From: Fonticula alba ATCC 38817
Taxonomy: Eukaryota > Protista > Nucleariida
Assembly (NCBI GenBank): GCA_000388065.2
Contig: KB932205.1
Direction: 5' to 3' (one strand)
DNA length: 64,000 nt
Both the position numbers and the translations under genes were made by a program. Shown piece after piece: positions 1 to 11,745 of the stretch; position 1 is the stretch's first letter, and the number at the start of each line of letters is the position of its first letter. The notes beneath the pieces were generated by a model. The model ran no database searches. It saw only the letters and a program-made list of their open reading frames with translations, and was not told the origin of the DNA.

Positions 1-73
1 ATCAGGGGAACCACACAACCTGGGGAGGAGGTGCGGGCTACCAGATGAAGACACAACAACACACACACACACG

Positions 74-108
<35 letters not shown>

Positions 109-3100
109 CGAGGACAGTGCGCCAGGGAGGGGAGGGCGGGGAAAGAGGGAAAGAGGGGGGCGGGAAGGTGGAAAAGAGAGCAAGCGGAGGGGAGCGAGGA
201 GAGGGCCGAAGAGGGGGAAGGGGGGGGGGAGAGGGAGTTGGATGCCGCACGGGCCTCGACACCTACGGGCTCGGAGGCCTGGCTGAAATGGAACAACGAG
301 GGGAGCCGGGGCATTTCCCGGAGGTGACGTGACACAGGAATGCGCCAGGGGCGATTCCCCGAAGATATTTACGCTCGACAGGGGAGGGGGGATGGGGAGA
401 GGGGTCCGGCGTGGAATCAGCGAGGGAGAAGTCAGGCGCAAACGGACACACCCCCGCCCGTGCGCGCGCGTGCGCGTGCGAGCGAGGGNNNNNNNNNNNN
501 NNNNNNNNNNNNNNNNNNNNNNNNNNNNNNNNNNNNNNNNNNNNNNNNNNNNNNNNNNNNNNNNNNNNNNNNNNNNNNNNNNNNNNNNNNNNNNNCCCCC
601 CCCCCCCCTCCGCGCTGGCGAATGGGGTCTTGGTCGGCTGGGCGTCTGCGCCCTTTCCATCGAGAGCCGGTGGGCGGAGGAGGAAACGAAATCGGCACAA
701 AATCATAACAGTCTGAAAGTCTGCGTCGGGCGGCGGGAGCCGGAGCCCGCGAGCGGGCCCACGCACCAAGAAGCCAACCGAGGCCCTTTGTTTCGGGGGC
801 CATACGCGGGACTTTGGGGGGAGGGGGCCGACGGTTGAGGGGGTGGAGGCCGACCCACTTTCCCTGTCCCCCCGCCCCGTCCCCCCCCCCAAGCCCGCAG
901 CTAGAGCCCCGCGCGCCGGGCCCGGTGTCCGGGGGGAGGGGGGGGGCTGGGTACCCCGTGTCTGGGGGGCCGGGGGAGGTCTCGAATCAGGCGCGAGGGC
1001 CATACGCGCTCGTGAGCACGTAGACGAGCGAGCGAGTGAGTGCGCGCGCGCGCGCGCGCACGCAAACACCTAGGGCGCCGGCTCGTGGTGGGCAGGAAGT
1101 GGGCACGCATGAAAATCGCGGAAGGGAGGAGGGGGCCAGGAGTGGAAACGCCTGAAGCCGGCCGCCGGCGGAGGGGGGGAGGGGGGGCAGACGGCCGGCA
1201 AACAGTTCGAATTCAAAATATGGGGCCCGAGAGGGGAGACCGGCGAGTGCGCAGCGTGTCTGCCCCCAGAAGCGCTGCACCGGCCTGGCCAAGGCAAATA
1301 GACCAGCTGAATCCCGGCCACGAGCGGGGCCGGGGGAGGGAGGGACTGATTGCAGATCGCTCCTCGCTCGGGCCCGGGAGGGCTGGGGGCTCCTCCCCCG
1401 CCCCTGCCCCCCCCGCCTCCCGGCACCGGCGCCCCTGAGACCACCCCCGGTCAGGGTCCCCGACGGAGGCCGCAGGGCGGGGAATAACACCCGTTGTGGC
1501 CGGACGGGAGGAAACCAACGCCGAGGAGGGGGGGGGGGCAGACCCGAAGGCCCCTGTACGCCCTCGTTACCTCCCCCCTTGGAGGAGAGCGACATGAGGC
1601 CCCGCCACTCGTGGGTTGGAACGCGCGCGCGTGCGCGCTGGCGCGGGGTGGCGTATGTTTATTCCCCCCCCCCCCCCCCAAGCGCTGGCCCCTTTCCCTG
1701 GAGCGGCTGGCCCGGTTGCCGATCTTCAGCGGGTCAGCCCCCGCGCCCCCGCGCTCTCCCCTTCGTGGGCCAGCGTAAAAGCATGTGGAGGGGCCACGCA
1801 CCAACCGGTTTAGGAGGCGCCCGCCATGCTTACTGCCGAGCCACCCCAACCCCCCGCTCGACATCGGCGCTCGAGGCTCACGCACTCTCCCCCCCCACAG
1901 GCTGGGGCGAGGATAACCCGAGGGATGCCCTGTGGTGGTTGCCAGCCAAAGGCCCCCCTGCGTCTGCTCAAGCCCGACCGAAAGAAGCTTGGCTGCTTGT
2001 GCGGGAGCTGTTGTCGCAAATGCTCCGGGCATTATAAAAAGCCCAATACACACCGCACATCCAGAGGAGGAGAAGGAGGGAGCAGGCAGAGGGCGGGCAG
2101 AAAAAAACCACAGCCCCAGGCCCCGGGGTCCTACACTCGAACCGGAGTCTCCGGGTCCTCCAGCGGTCGGGGCCCGCCTCGGCGGAGGCTCACGCGCGGG
2201 AAGGTGATACGTGTCTCCCGACCGCGAACGCCGGACGCCCTGCCGGCCAACGCTCAGTAGCAACCCTGTGTGGCTTTGGTAGCCGCACGGCCTTGGTCCG
2301 CGTTCCGCTGCGCGGCCGCGCATCCATCCTGCTGCCTTCTCGTGGCCGCCGTAGGTGTATGATGTCTCGCAAGGGGCGCATGCCCGCCCGTGGGGTCCCC
2401 CAGGCCGCCGGCCGGAGAGCCTGCGGCGAGAGGCTCACCGGACTTGCGCCTAATCACACGACACATCACACCACCAACAGCCTCCCCAGCCCCTTGGGGC
2501 CGGTCCGCCGAGCGCATCCCCGCCTTGCCCCCTCCGGAGAGAGGGAAAGACGCCGGAGGAAACGCATCTCCTTGGCGCGGTGGCCTGGAACCATGGGAGG
2601 GAGAAGGTGAGGGGGAACTCACGCTCCTGGGTGGCCGCCACCGAGAGGCGGGGGGGGGNNNNNNNNNNNNNNNNNNNNNNNNNNNNNNNNNNNNNNNNNN
2701 NNNNNNNNNNNNNNNNNNNNNNNNNNNNNNNNNNNNNNNNNNNNNNNNNNNNNNNNNNNNNNNNNNNNNNNNNNNNNNNNNNNNNNNNNNNNNNNNNNNN
2801 NNNNNNNNNNNNNNNNNNNCTTCTCGCCCTTGGCACGCGGTGTTCTTCCCCCCGCCCCCCTTCTCTCCCTCTCTTCTCCCTTGCCCGCCCCCCGTTGCAC
2901 CGACTCGTGGTCGGGCCCTTTAACTTGCGGTGCCGGTGGGGGCACCGGCCCCCCCCCCCATGGGGCCCCAGGCACACCTCCCGGGCCCGCGGCCACCTCG
3001 AGACAGATATGCAGGAAGGGAATGATCGTCCACCATCCCGAGTCTCGGGGGCGTGGGGGGAAAAGCCTGCCCGAATGCGACCGGGGTGCCTGCCGCCCTG

Positions 3101-3591
3101 TTCTGTCGGGTCCGGTCAGAGAGATAGTCCGCCCTGGACCCCGACCTGCCGCGTCCGAACAGGGCAAAATAGGGTGGCTGTTATTATCTTTTCGGCGGAC
3201 ACATCTCCTCGAGGGAAGCCACCCGAGGCCGGCCGGGGAAGGGACGGGGTGCCTGCCGTCCAAAGTGTCTTTATCATACACGCACGAAGTGATGCGGACT
3301 GTAGGCCCTTCGGCCCGACCCGGCCCGGCCGGTCCCCGCCAGGCTTTCCGCTCCTCCCATCGCCTTTCCGCCCATTCGCGAGATTCCCCCCCCTTGGCAG
3401 GTGGATTGCCGAGGTGCCGGGCACCTTTTTTTCGGCGGCCCCCGTCGATTGAGTCCGGCCCGGTGGTCGGTCAACCCTCCTCTCCCCAGCCCCACCCAGC
3501 CCCCCTTCCTATTTTCCCCGCACTCTCCTCCCTCCCCTGTTGCTTCCCCCCCCCCCCCCCGTTCCCCCGCGTTCCTTCACTTGCCACAACC

Positions 3592-5095
3592 ATGTCCGGC
3601 GGCTCTGATCTTTTCAACACCTACGAGTCCGAGTATCACAATGTGATCAACAGCCTGCGTCGCCGCACCAGCTCGGACATCCCCAACTCCTCCGGCGGTG
3701 CGTGCATGCTGGCCTTTCGCCTCCCCCCCCCCCCCCCCTGCCTCGGCTGTTCCTCTCGGCCACTGACACATGCCTGGCGTTTCCGGCTCTTCCTTTGCAC
3801 TCCCCTTGCGCTGGTCTTCAACACCACACACACACATGCACATGCACGCATGCACGCATGCACACATGCACACATGCACACGCACGCATGCACACATGCA
3901 CACGCACACACATACATACATAGAGAAGCGCAAGGAATTCATCAATGCCGCCAAGCGCGAGGTGGAGGAGGCCAAGGAGATTGTGCGTCATTGCCCCTTC
4001 GCTTCGCTGTCTGGCTCCCCTGTCGGTTGGACCCGCTTACTGATCCCGTTCCTGCCTTCCTCCGGGCCTCCCTTTGTGTGTATACGCTCGCAGCTTGAGC
4101 AAATGGACCTCGAGTGCCGTGACATGCCGGAGAAGGATCGTCACTCCCTGCAGCACCGTGTCCGTGCTTTTTGGAACGACCTCAACCGCCAGGAGAAGCG
4201 CCTGGTATGTTGCTCCGCCTCGAGTGGCTACCTTTGCTTCATTTATCCAAGATACCGACCCTGCCTTCTTGCCCCTCCCTCCTCCTTCTCACCCCATTCA
4301 TCTTCCCCTTTTGTCTCCTGCTGGGGCGTGGGCTCTCGCGCGCGCGCGCGCGCGCGCACGCGGCTTGCCAATCACAGCACCAGGTCATTGCCGACAGCAA
4401 TCGCGAGGCCGTCACTGCCGGCGCCTACACCTCCTCCAGCCATGACTCGGCCAACCAGCGTGATCGCATTTTTGAGGCCAACCAGCGCCTGGATGCCGCC
4501 ACCGACTCCCTGGATCGCTCCCTGCAGGTGGCCAACGAGTCCGGTGCGCAAAGCCACATCCTACCTTTTCCACCGGCTCTACTCCCTTTCTCATCTCCAT
4601 TCCATCTTCTCTCTCTCCTTCTTCCTCCTCCTCCTCCTCCTCCCCTTCCCTCTGGCGGGGGTGTCCATGCGTGCAGAGCAAATCGGTCAGTCGATCCTTT
4701 CCGATCTCCATCGCCAGCGCGACCAGATCAGCCACGCCCACACTACTCTTCACCAGGCCGATGAGAGCATCGACAGCGCCGCGGGCATCCTGCGCGGCAT
4801 GCGCCGCCGGTTCGTTCCCTGATTCCTTCGCATCTGCTCTCCCTCCCTCTCTCTTCCTCCCTCCCCATCTCCTACTACTCACGTTTCCCGCTCACACTCC
4901 CTCCCCTCCTCTTCCCTCCTCCCCTCTTTCTTGCCCCTTTCTCCTTCTCCTCCGTCTGTTCCCCCCCTCCCTCTCCCCCCTCTTCTTGTCTATGTGTGTG
5001 TCCTTAGCATGATGACCAACAAGGCCATCACCACAATGATCATCATTGTTTTGATCGCCATCATCGGCCTCATCATCTACCTGGCCATCCGCTGA
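3592..5095 (+). CDS. VTI1: Vti1-type Qb-SNARE, 6 exons, ~220 aa
   Basis: Exons 3592-3697, 3924-3982, 4094-4204, 4378-4543, 4677-4809, 5008-5095 join in frame (663 nt). The protein has an N-terminal Habc-like region (MSGGSDLFNTYESEYHNVINSL...EAKEILEQMDLECRDMP), a SNARE motif (QRDRIFEANQRLDAATDSLDRSLQVANESEQIGQSILSDLHRQRDQI) and a C-terminal TM anchor (AITTMIIIVLIAIIGLIIYLAIR*). Confidence 0.93.
3825..3922. repeat. 98-nt perfectly alternating pyrimidine/purine tract (CA/TG/CG/TA) in VTI1 intron 1
   Basis: The Y-R alternation is uninterrupted from 3825 up to the acceptor AG at 3922-3923. Confidence 0.9.
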
Positions 5096-5487
5096 TCAAT
5101 CGGCACTCACGTGCCATGTACACTATAAATAACATTCTACCATCCAGAGCCATGTCCCAACCCTAGTCCCTTTTCTGGTGGGTGCGCGGTGCGCGAGGGG
5201 GGGGGGGCGTGTGTGGAGGAGCTGGAGAGAGGTGCCTGGCCTGGCGTGTGTCGATTCCTGTGCGCGTCCGCGCGGGGGAAGGCGCCCGGGCTACACGGTC
5301 GGAGGGGAGGCATGCTTCCCTTCCTGGGGCTGGGGGTCGTCTTCACTAGTGCCGCCGCACTGGCCACCCCCTGGTGCCCCCGTTAGGGCTGTCCACTGTG
5401 CTCTTCTGGACTTCTCGCCCTTGGCACGCGGTGTTCTTCCCCCCCCCCCCCCCCCCCCCCCGGAGGACCGCACGCACGTACACGAGC

Positions 5488-7080
5488 ATGTCTGAAGAGG
5501 TGCCTACACAGAGGGACCCTCCCCTCGCGGAGGATGCGTCCTCCCAACAATCCAGTCTGCGTTCGTTTCCCCGTACCCAGTTGGTCCCCCCCCCCCCTCC
5601 TAATTCACCATGGAGAACGAGATTGTACTTGACCCTCCAACCTGTCCTCTCCTCCTACTTTCCTATGTGTGCCTTTGCTAACCGAGCCTTTTGCTTCCCC
5701 TCTCTGTCCCCCTTTCCGTCCCCTCTCTCCCCTTCTCTCCCTCTCTCCTCCTCTCTCCCTCTCTCCTCTTCTCTCCTCTTCTCTCCTCTTCTCTCCTCTT
5801 CTCTCCCCTTCTCTCCCCTTCTCTCCCCTTCTCTCCCCTTCTCTTCCCTTCTCTCCCCTTCTCTCGCCCCCTGTACGCCCGGGCCGCTCATCCAGATTGA
5901 CGACTTCGCCTCGCTCGGCATCATCAAGAAGAAGAAGAAGTCTTCCAAGAAGGTCGACTTTGACTTCGATGCCGCCGACGAGGAGGGCGCTTCCCCCGAT
6001 GCCCCCACCACCGACGCCGCCGCCGAGGAGGACCCCTTCGACGGCCTGAAGAAGAAGAGCAAGAAGAAGAAGGTATGTTCTTCCCCCCCCCCTCCCCCGC
6101 TACTCGTGGCCTCTTCCTCTCCTCCCACGCTCGAAGGTCCTGGTTTTTAACATCTCCTCCTTTCCCCTCACTAAAGGTCATTGCTTTCGACGACGAGGAC
6201 ACCCCCGCCGAGGCCACCGAGGGTGGCGATGATGACCTTGGCGGTCTTGAGGTTTGTGCCCCCCTCCCCCTCCCTTCCGTCGCCTCCGGTGGTTCATTTG
6301 CCCTCCTACGGCTGCCATGTCTAACTCCCCGCCCTGCCCCCCCCCCTCCATCGCAATTGGATTGTCCCACCGCACACGCAGGTCAAGAAGAAGAAGCGCA
6401 GCAGCAAGAAGAGCCTCGAGACCTTCGAGCAGGCCCTCATGGAGTCCGACGCGCCGAAGAAGTCCTCCCGCTCCAGCAAGTTCAACTTCGACTTCGACGA
6501 CGAGGCCGGTGGCGACGACATGTTCAACCAGGCCGGCGACTCGGACGACTTCCAGATGGATGCCGATGTTGATACCAGCGGCGACCCGATGGCCGTCTAC
6601 CAGGGCAACGACACCCCCTACGCTTATGGGGACCTGCTGCAGCGCGCCTTCCGCCTGATCCGCGAGGCCAACCCCGAGCACGGTGGCGACCGCAAGCGCT
6701 ACACCATGATCCCGCCGCAGGTCAACCGCGATGGCGCCAAGAAGACCATCTTCGCCAACCTGATCGAGATCTGCCGCCGCATGCGCCGCACCAACGAGCA
6801 CGTCACCAACTTCCTGCTTGCCGAGCTCGGTACTTCCGGCTCGGTGGATGGCGCTGGTCGCCTCATCATCCGTGGTCGGTTCTCCCCCAAGCAGATCGAG
6901 AGCGTCCTCCGTCACTACATCATGGAGTACGTCACCTGCAAGATCTGCAAGTCCCGCGACACCCAGCTGTCCAAGGACAACCGCCTGCAGTTCATCCAGT
7001 GTGATGCCTGTAACTCCCGCCGGTCGGTGGCCACCATCAAGACCGGTTTCTCCGCTCAGGTCGGCCGCCGTCGTCGGTAA
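5488..7080 (+). CDS. EIF2S2: Translation initiation factor eIF2 beta subunit, 4 exons, ~320 aa
   Basis: Exons 5488-5499 (MSEE, least certain), 5896-6072, 6177-6251, 6382-7080. It has three poly-Lys K-boxes, the conserved core (YGDLLQRAF...[27 protein letters not shown]...[14 protein letters not shown]), a C2-C2 zinc ribbon (CKIC...CDAC) and the C-terminus [14 protein letters not shown]. Confidence 0.96.
5731..5868 (+). repeat. CT-rich ~10-mer minisatellite (CTCTCCYCTT)n in eIF2-beta intron 1
   Basis: Tandem ctctcctctt/ctctcccctt units are directly visible. Confidence 0.85.
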
Positions 7081-7236
7081 GCGGTCGACCTCCGGGCTCA
7101 GCGCCGGTGACGATCATGACGGTGGCGCTGGTGCGGCTGTGGCGGCGGCCGGTGGTGGTAACTGGCTTGCCTCGTCCGCGGAGGCCGGGTGTCTCCTGGC
7201 CTCTGTTGTTGCCACCCTACTCCGGGGCGCACTCAC

Positions 7237-7237
<1 letters not shown>

Positions 7238-7275
<38 letters not shown>
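7238..7275 (+). repeat. (GCT)n trinucleotide run downstream of eIF2-beta
   Basis: About 12 consecutive GCT units. Confidence 0.85.
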
Positions 7276-7277
<2 letters not shown>

Positions 7278-8113
7278 CCACCCCCACCTCCAGGTGTCTC
7301 CACTTGGCCCCCCCCGCCGGTTCCCGCCTTCGCAATGCCCCCTCCTCCGACACAGACGCCCACGCTGGCCGACCTGTCGATCCCGATCTCGGTCCTGGTT
7401 CGCCGTGCGTCCTGCCGTTTCCCCGACTGGACGTCCGTCGGCTTCGCCATCGCCGGTTGCGGCGCCTTCTAGGCAATGCAGCTGGTGGCGGTCCTGGCGG
7501 TGCAGCCACCAGTTCCGATGGCCCGGCCCAACTTGCCTTCTCGTCCCGTCATCCGGGGCCCGCTTTCTTGTGCGGCTTGCAGCCGCGTCCGCTTCTCCGG
7601 TGGTGGTCCTCCCTGGCTCCTGTCCGGTTGCGGCCGATGCCCAGCGGCGGTGTCCTCCATGCCGTTGTCTAGTGGTGTGCAGTCCATCCCGCGGTGGGCG
7701 CATTGCTGCGCAAATACATAGAAAGTGGCGAGAGCCACAGAAACACACAAACACCCTCCTTTCGTGTGAGCCACAGCGCCGGATTCCCTTTTTTTTTGGT
7801 CTACGCGCGCACTCATCTCTTGCTGCCTGCGCGTGTGTGCGTGTGTGTGCGTGTGTGCGTGTGTGCGTGTGTGCGTGTGTGTGCATGTGTGCGTGTGTGT
7901 GGTCTATGTGATATTGGTTTTTCTGGGAAGCATCCCCCCATGCCACAGAGGGACAGAGATAGGGGAGGGGCTCTTCCAGTGCGTCTTCCTGGACAATGAG
8001 AGAGGCACAGAGCAGGGGAGAGCAAGAGTAGGGAGCACAGGAAGAGGGGGCACGGGGGAGGAGAGAGGGGAGGAGAGACGAGCGGAGATTTCGCCGCCCC
8101 TTTGCTCGGCCTC

Positions 8114-10811
8114 TCAGAGGCGGGACCGCTTGCCGGCCGGGCCCTTGCCGGAGCCGGCCTTGCGCTTCAGGCGTTCCACCATGCTGGAGATGTCCACGGT
8201 GTCCTGGGACAGGCTGTCCGAGGTGCCGGTCGAGGTGGAGGAGGAGGAGGAGGCAGAGGTGGCGGCGGCGGCAGCGGCGGCGCCCTTGCTGGCGGCACGG
8301 GCCTGGTCCTCCTGGGCCTCGCGCTTGCGAATGCGACTCTGGCGCTCGGCAATAAGGGCATCCATGGCCGAGGTGCGCTTGAAGTGCGGCGAGGAGGGAT
8401 CGATGGCGAACTTGTGCGAGTCGAACATGGACGTGAAGCGATCATCCTTGGGGTTGAACTTGAAGGCGTCCTCGCCGGCCTCGGCCGACTGGACCTCCTC
8501 CACCCGGGCCCGGTCCTTGGAGCTGAGCTTCTTGCGCCCGGCCAGGCGCTCAGCGCGGTGGATCTCCCGCAAGTCGAAGTGCTTCTGCTTGCTGATGGTC
8601 CCGTCGCCGACCATCATGAGAGCCAGCTCGTCGGCCTCGCGCTGCTTGGCCTCCTGCTTGGCACGGCGCTGCTCCGCGCGCGAGGACCCGGCGGTGGGCT
8701 CCTGCACCGCCAGGAAGGGGTCGGCTTGCTTGGCCATGTCGGCCGCGGCCTCGGTCTGCTTGTCATCACCAGCAGCAGCGGCATCATCGAAGAAGCCACC
8801 GCCCAGAGACCCGAAGGCACTCTTCTTCTTCTTCTGCTTGAGCTTAAGCTGGAGCTGGAGGGCGGCCTCGGCAGCGGCCTCGGGGTCCTCGGCATCGGAC
8901 CCGGCATCCTCCGAGTCGGACCCGGCGCTGGCACCCTGGCGAAGAAGCTTGCGACGCTCCTTGCGCTTCTCCTTGCGCCGGTCGAGGTAGGCCTCCCACA
9001 CGGTTTTGTCGGCATTTTGCTGTGATTCGAGGCGGAGGGGGGGGGGGGGGGGAAGGGAGAAAAGGGTAAGTGGGCCAGCGGACAAAGATATCGCGCCGAG
9101 CGCGCTTGTGCACGGGAGTGTGTGGCGTACATTCTTCTTCTTACGCTCCTTGACAAGGCGATCAACCTTGTCATCAAGTTCGGTGTTAAACGTGATCTCC
9201 ATCTCCTGGTCGGGATTGTTCTTTGATGGTGCGGGTGCGCAGTGCAAGGGTGGTGTGTGTGTGGAGGGGGGGGGGGGGGGGAGGGGAGGGGAAGGGGGCA
9301 AGCGAAAAAGAAAGCAGCAGAAGGTGCAGCAGGGGACACGGCGACCAAGGTCAGTGGCACGCATGAGGAGGTGGGACAAACTTCGGGGAGGGAAAGGGCA
9401 AGGGCAGGGAGGGAAAAGAAAAAAAAAAGAAGAAAGGCGCGCACCTCCAGAGAGATCTCCTTCAGCAGGGAGGAATACTTCTTGCGCTGGCTCTTGTCAA
9501 TGATCTCGTCATTCTCGTCGTCGGCCATGTCAATCGACCGCGAGGGGGCCTTCTCGCCAGGCTGCTCGTCATCACTGCTGTCGTCCGAATCGGACGCCAG
9601 ATATGCCGAGATGTCGATGTCATCGAGGTCCTTCTGTGGAAATGCCACGGGCAGGGGGTGTTTGTGTCAGCGGGCTGTCTCTTGTGTCGGGGCGGGGTGC
9701 AACATGCGGATGCATGCGATGGGGCCCCGGGCCCGGCCCTGCGTCCGCCCGCTTCGTTCTTTTTTTTTTTTTCCCCTTTCCCGGCCCCTCACACGACAGG
9801 CGCCTGGCGCACGCACCTCATCCAGCCGGCGACGCAGGACAGCCTTCTTGGAGTGGTCATCCTCATCCCAGGTGAGGCGGACCGTCGAGTGGCTCAGAGC
9901 ATTGGTGTGGAAGGTGGTCGGCATGTAGTTGCTGGGCAGAGAGTCGGCAAAGTCGCTGCAGGGAGAAGGGCCACAGAGTGGGCGTCAGTCCAGGGGCCGG
10001 GGAGGTGGCAGGAGACAGGCGCCGCATGCAGGAGGAAAGGAAAGGGCCCGAGGCCGGGGCAGGCGGCCGGGGCGGGGAGGAGGGAGGGGGAAAACGCACT
10101 GGGGCTCATCCTCGAAGTCCATGTCATCCGGGATGTAGCGCAGGTCCACCAGGTTGCCGGAGTCCTCGAACTCGATGTCATTGCACCCGGCGAAGACCTC
10201 CATGGCGGTGCGCACGCTGTCGCACTCGACCACGGCGTAGTAGTAGCGCAGGCGCTCCAGCTGGTACTTGATCAGGCGCGGATCGGCCACCTGGCCCTCC
10301 TCGCCGGTGTCCAGGTCGCGCGCGTGCAGGTGGTGCTTCCGCTGGGCCAGGGTTTCCAGCATGCGCTCATGCTCCAGATCTTCCTGGGTCAGGCCGAGCT
10401 CCTCGGCCTCACGGAGCTCCTTCTCATCGATGTTCGGACTGGTGAAGAGCTCGCGCGGCGGGCCGTACTGGGCCTCATAGGCCAGACGCTCTTTGCCGAA
10501 CTCCGAGGGGAAGATGGTCACCGAGATGATCGACCCGCCGGTTGGCACGAACGACTGGAAGAGCTTCAGGAGATGGACGGCCTGCGAAGGACGCCGTCAG
10601 TGGCCAAGGGGGGGGGGAGGCAAAAAAAAAAAGAAGCAAACACAACAAAACAAACCCTTGCATGCGCGAAGGGGGAGCCGAAGTGGGCCAAGTACCTTGA
10701 TCTTGTCCCAGTCCATGTTGACGCAGGCAAAGCGCCGAGTGGCATCACCAATCGGGACATCGACACGATCCTACGGGCGCATGTGCGTGGAGAGGAGTCA
10801 GCCATACTTCA

Positions 10812-10864
<53 letters not shown>

Positions 10865-10955
10865 GGAGGGGGAGGAGGGAGTGAGATGGGGGGGGGAGGG
10901 ACGGACGCAGAGCGGGGGGGAGAGGGGGAGGGACGGGGGGGGGAGGGAGTGGGCT

Positions 10956-11027
<72 letters not shown>

Positions 11028-11745
11028 GTGGGGTGGGTGCATGAAGGGGGATTGGGGGGGGGGGAGGGGGAGGAGGGCGGAAGGTGCGGCCAGCGGCCGA
11101 AGGACCCCAAGGAGGGGACGCACCAAAACCACAGCGGCGTCGAGCTCCTCCTCATCAGCGTCGGCATCGGTACCCTCAGCATCGGAGTCGTCTGCCTCGC
11201 CGGCGTCCTCCTCATCGGAGGACTCCACCGTGACCAGACCACGGGCCAGATCATAGCCGGACACCTTGGGCCGACTCGGGGCAGGGGTGTCCTCATCGGA
11301 TGAGGCGGCATCAGCCTGCTTATTGCCGGCCTGCTCGTCCTCCTCCGCCTCGGCCTCACTGTCGGAGGCCTGGTCGCTGGAGTTGGCGTCGGATGCCTCC
11401 TTGTCCAGCTCGTAGAACCGATGGAGGTCGCTGACGGCGCGCTTCTTCTTGGACTCCGCCACGGGGCGTCCATAGCGATCGACCGAGGCTGTGCGGAGGA
11501 AGAACCGGGAGAGGGGGATGTGTGCGTGTGTGTGTGTGTGAGGGAAGGAGGGAACAGTGGGGCAATCTGGGCGGAGCGCCGAGCGGGGACATCCGCCATG
11601 CAGATGACGTACCGATGGTGGCGAAGCGGTCGTCCTCGAACATGCCCTTGAAGCGGGAATCAACCTGAATCTTGGTCACCTTGCGAGGGGCCTTGCGAAA
11701 CCGGAGATCGGTCGCGGCCTTGGAAAAGCGCTGATCATCAGACAT
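8114..11745 (-). CDS. ESF1: Pre-rRNA processing protein ESF1 homolog, 8 exons, ~792 aa
   Basis: Exons 11745-11613, 11488-11124, 10770-10696, 10581-10100, 9955-9817, 9633-9445, 9220-9131, 9019-8114 join in frame (2379 nt). Motifs: DSRFKGMFEDDRF, VDRYGRP, TRRFACVNMDWDKIK, VTIFPSEFGKERL, YQLERLRYYYAVVECDS, DLRYIPDDMDF, and a NUC153-like FNPKDDRFTSMFDSHKFAIDPSSPHFK. Confidence 0.95.
10813..11026. repeat. Poly-G runs (~51 and ~71 nt) in ESF1 intron 2
   Basis: G at 10813-10863 and 10956-11026, which is poly-C on the transcript strand. Lengths may be unreliable. Confidence 0.85.

Noticed and set aside
1205-1214. GTTCGAATTC resembling a tRNA T-loop/B-box
   Set aside because: No acceptor stem, D-arm or cloverleaf can be built around it.
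4371-4383. Tandem in-frame acceptors 6 nt apart in VTI1 intron 3 (ACAG CAC CAG)
   Set aside because: It would change only two residues in a linker. It cannot be resolved without RNA data and is common.
7073-7672. The eIF2-beta stop codon lies in G|GTAAGC, a textbook donor, and an overlapping alternative-frame ORF (6818-7672) runs ~200 codons past it
   Set aside because: The protein already ends like known orthologs (KTGF...GRRRR). No inferred donor in this window uses +4 A, and long alternative-frame ORFs are expected at this GC content.
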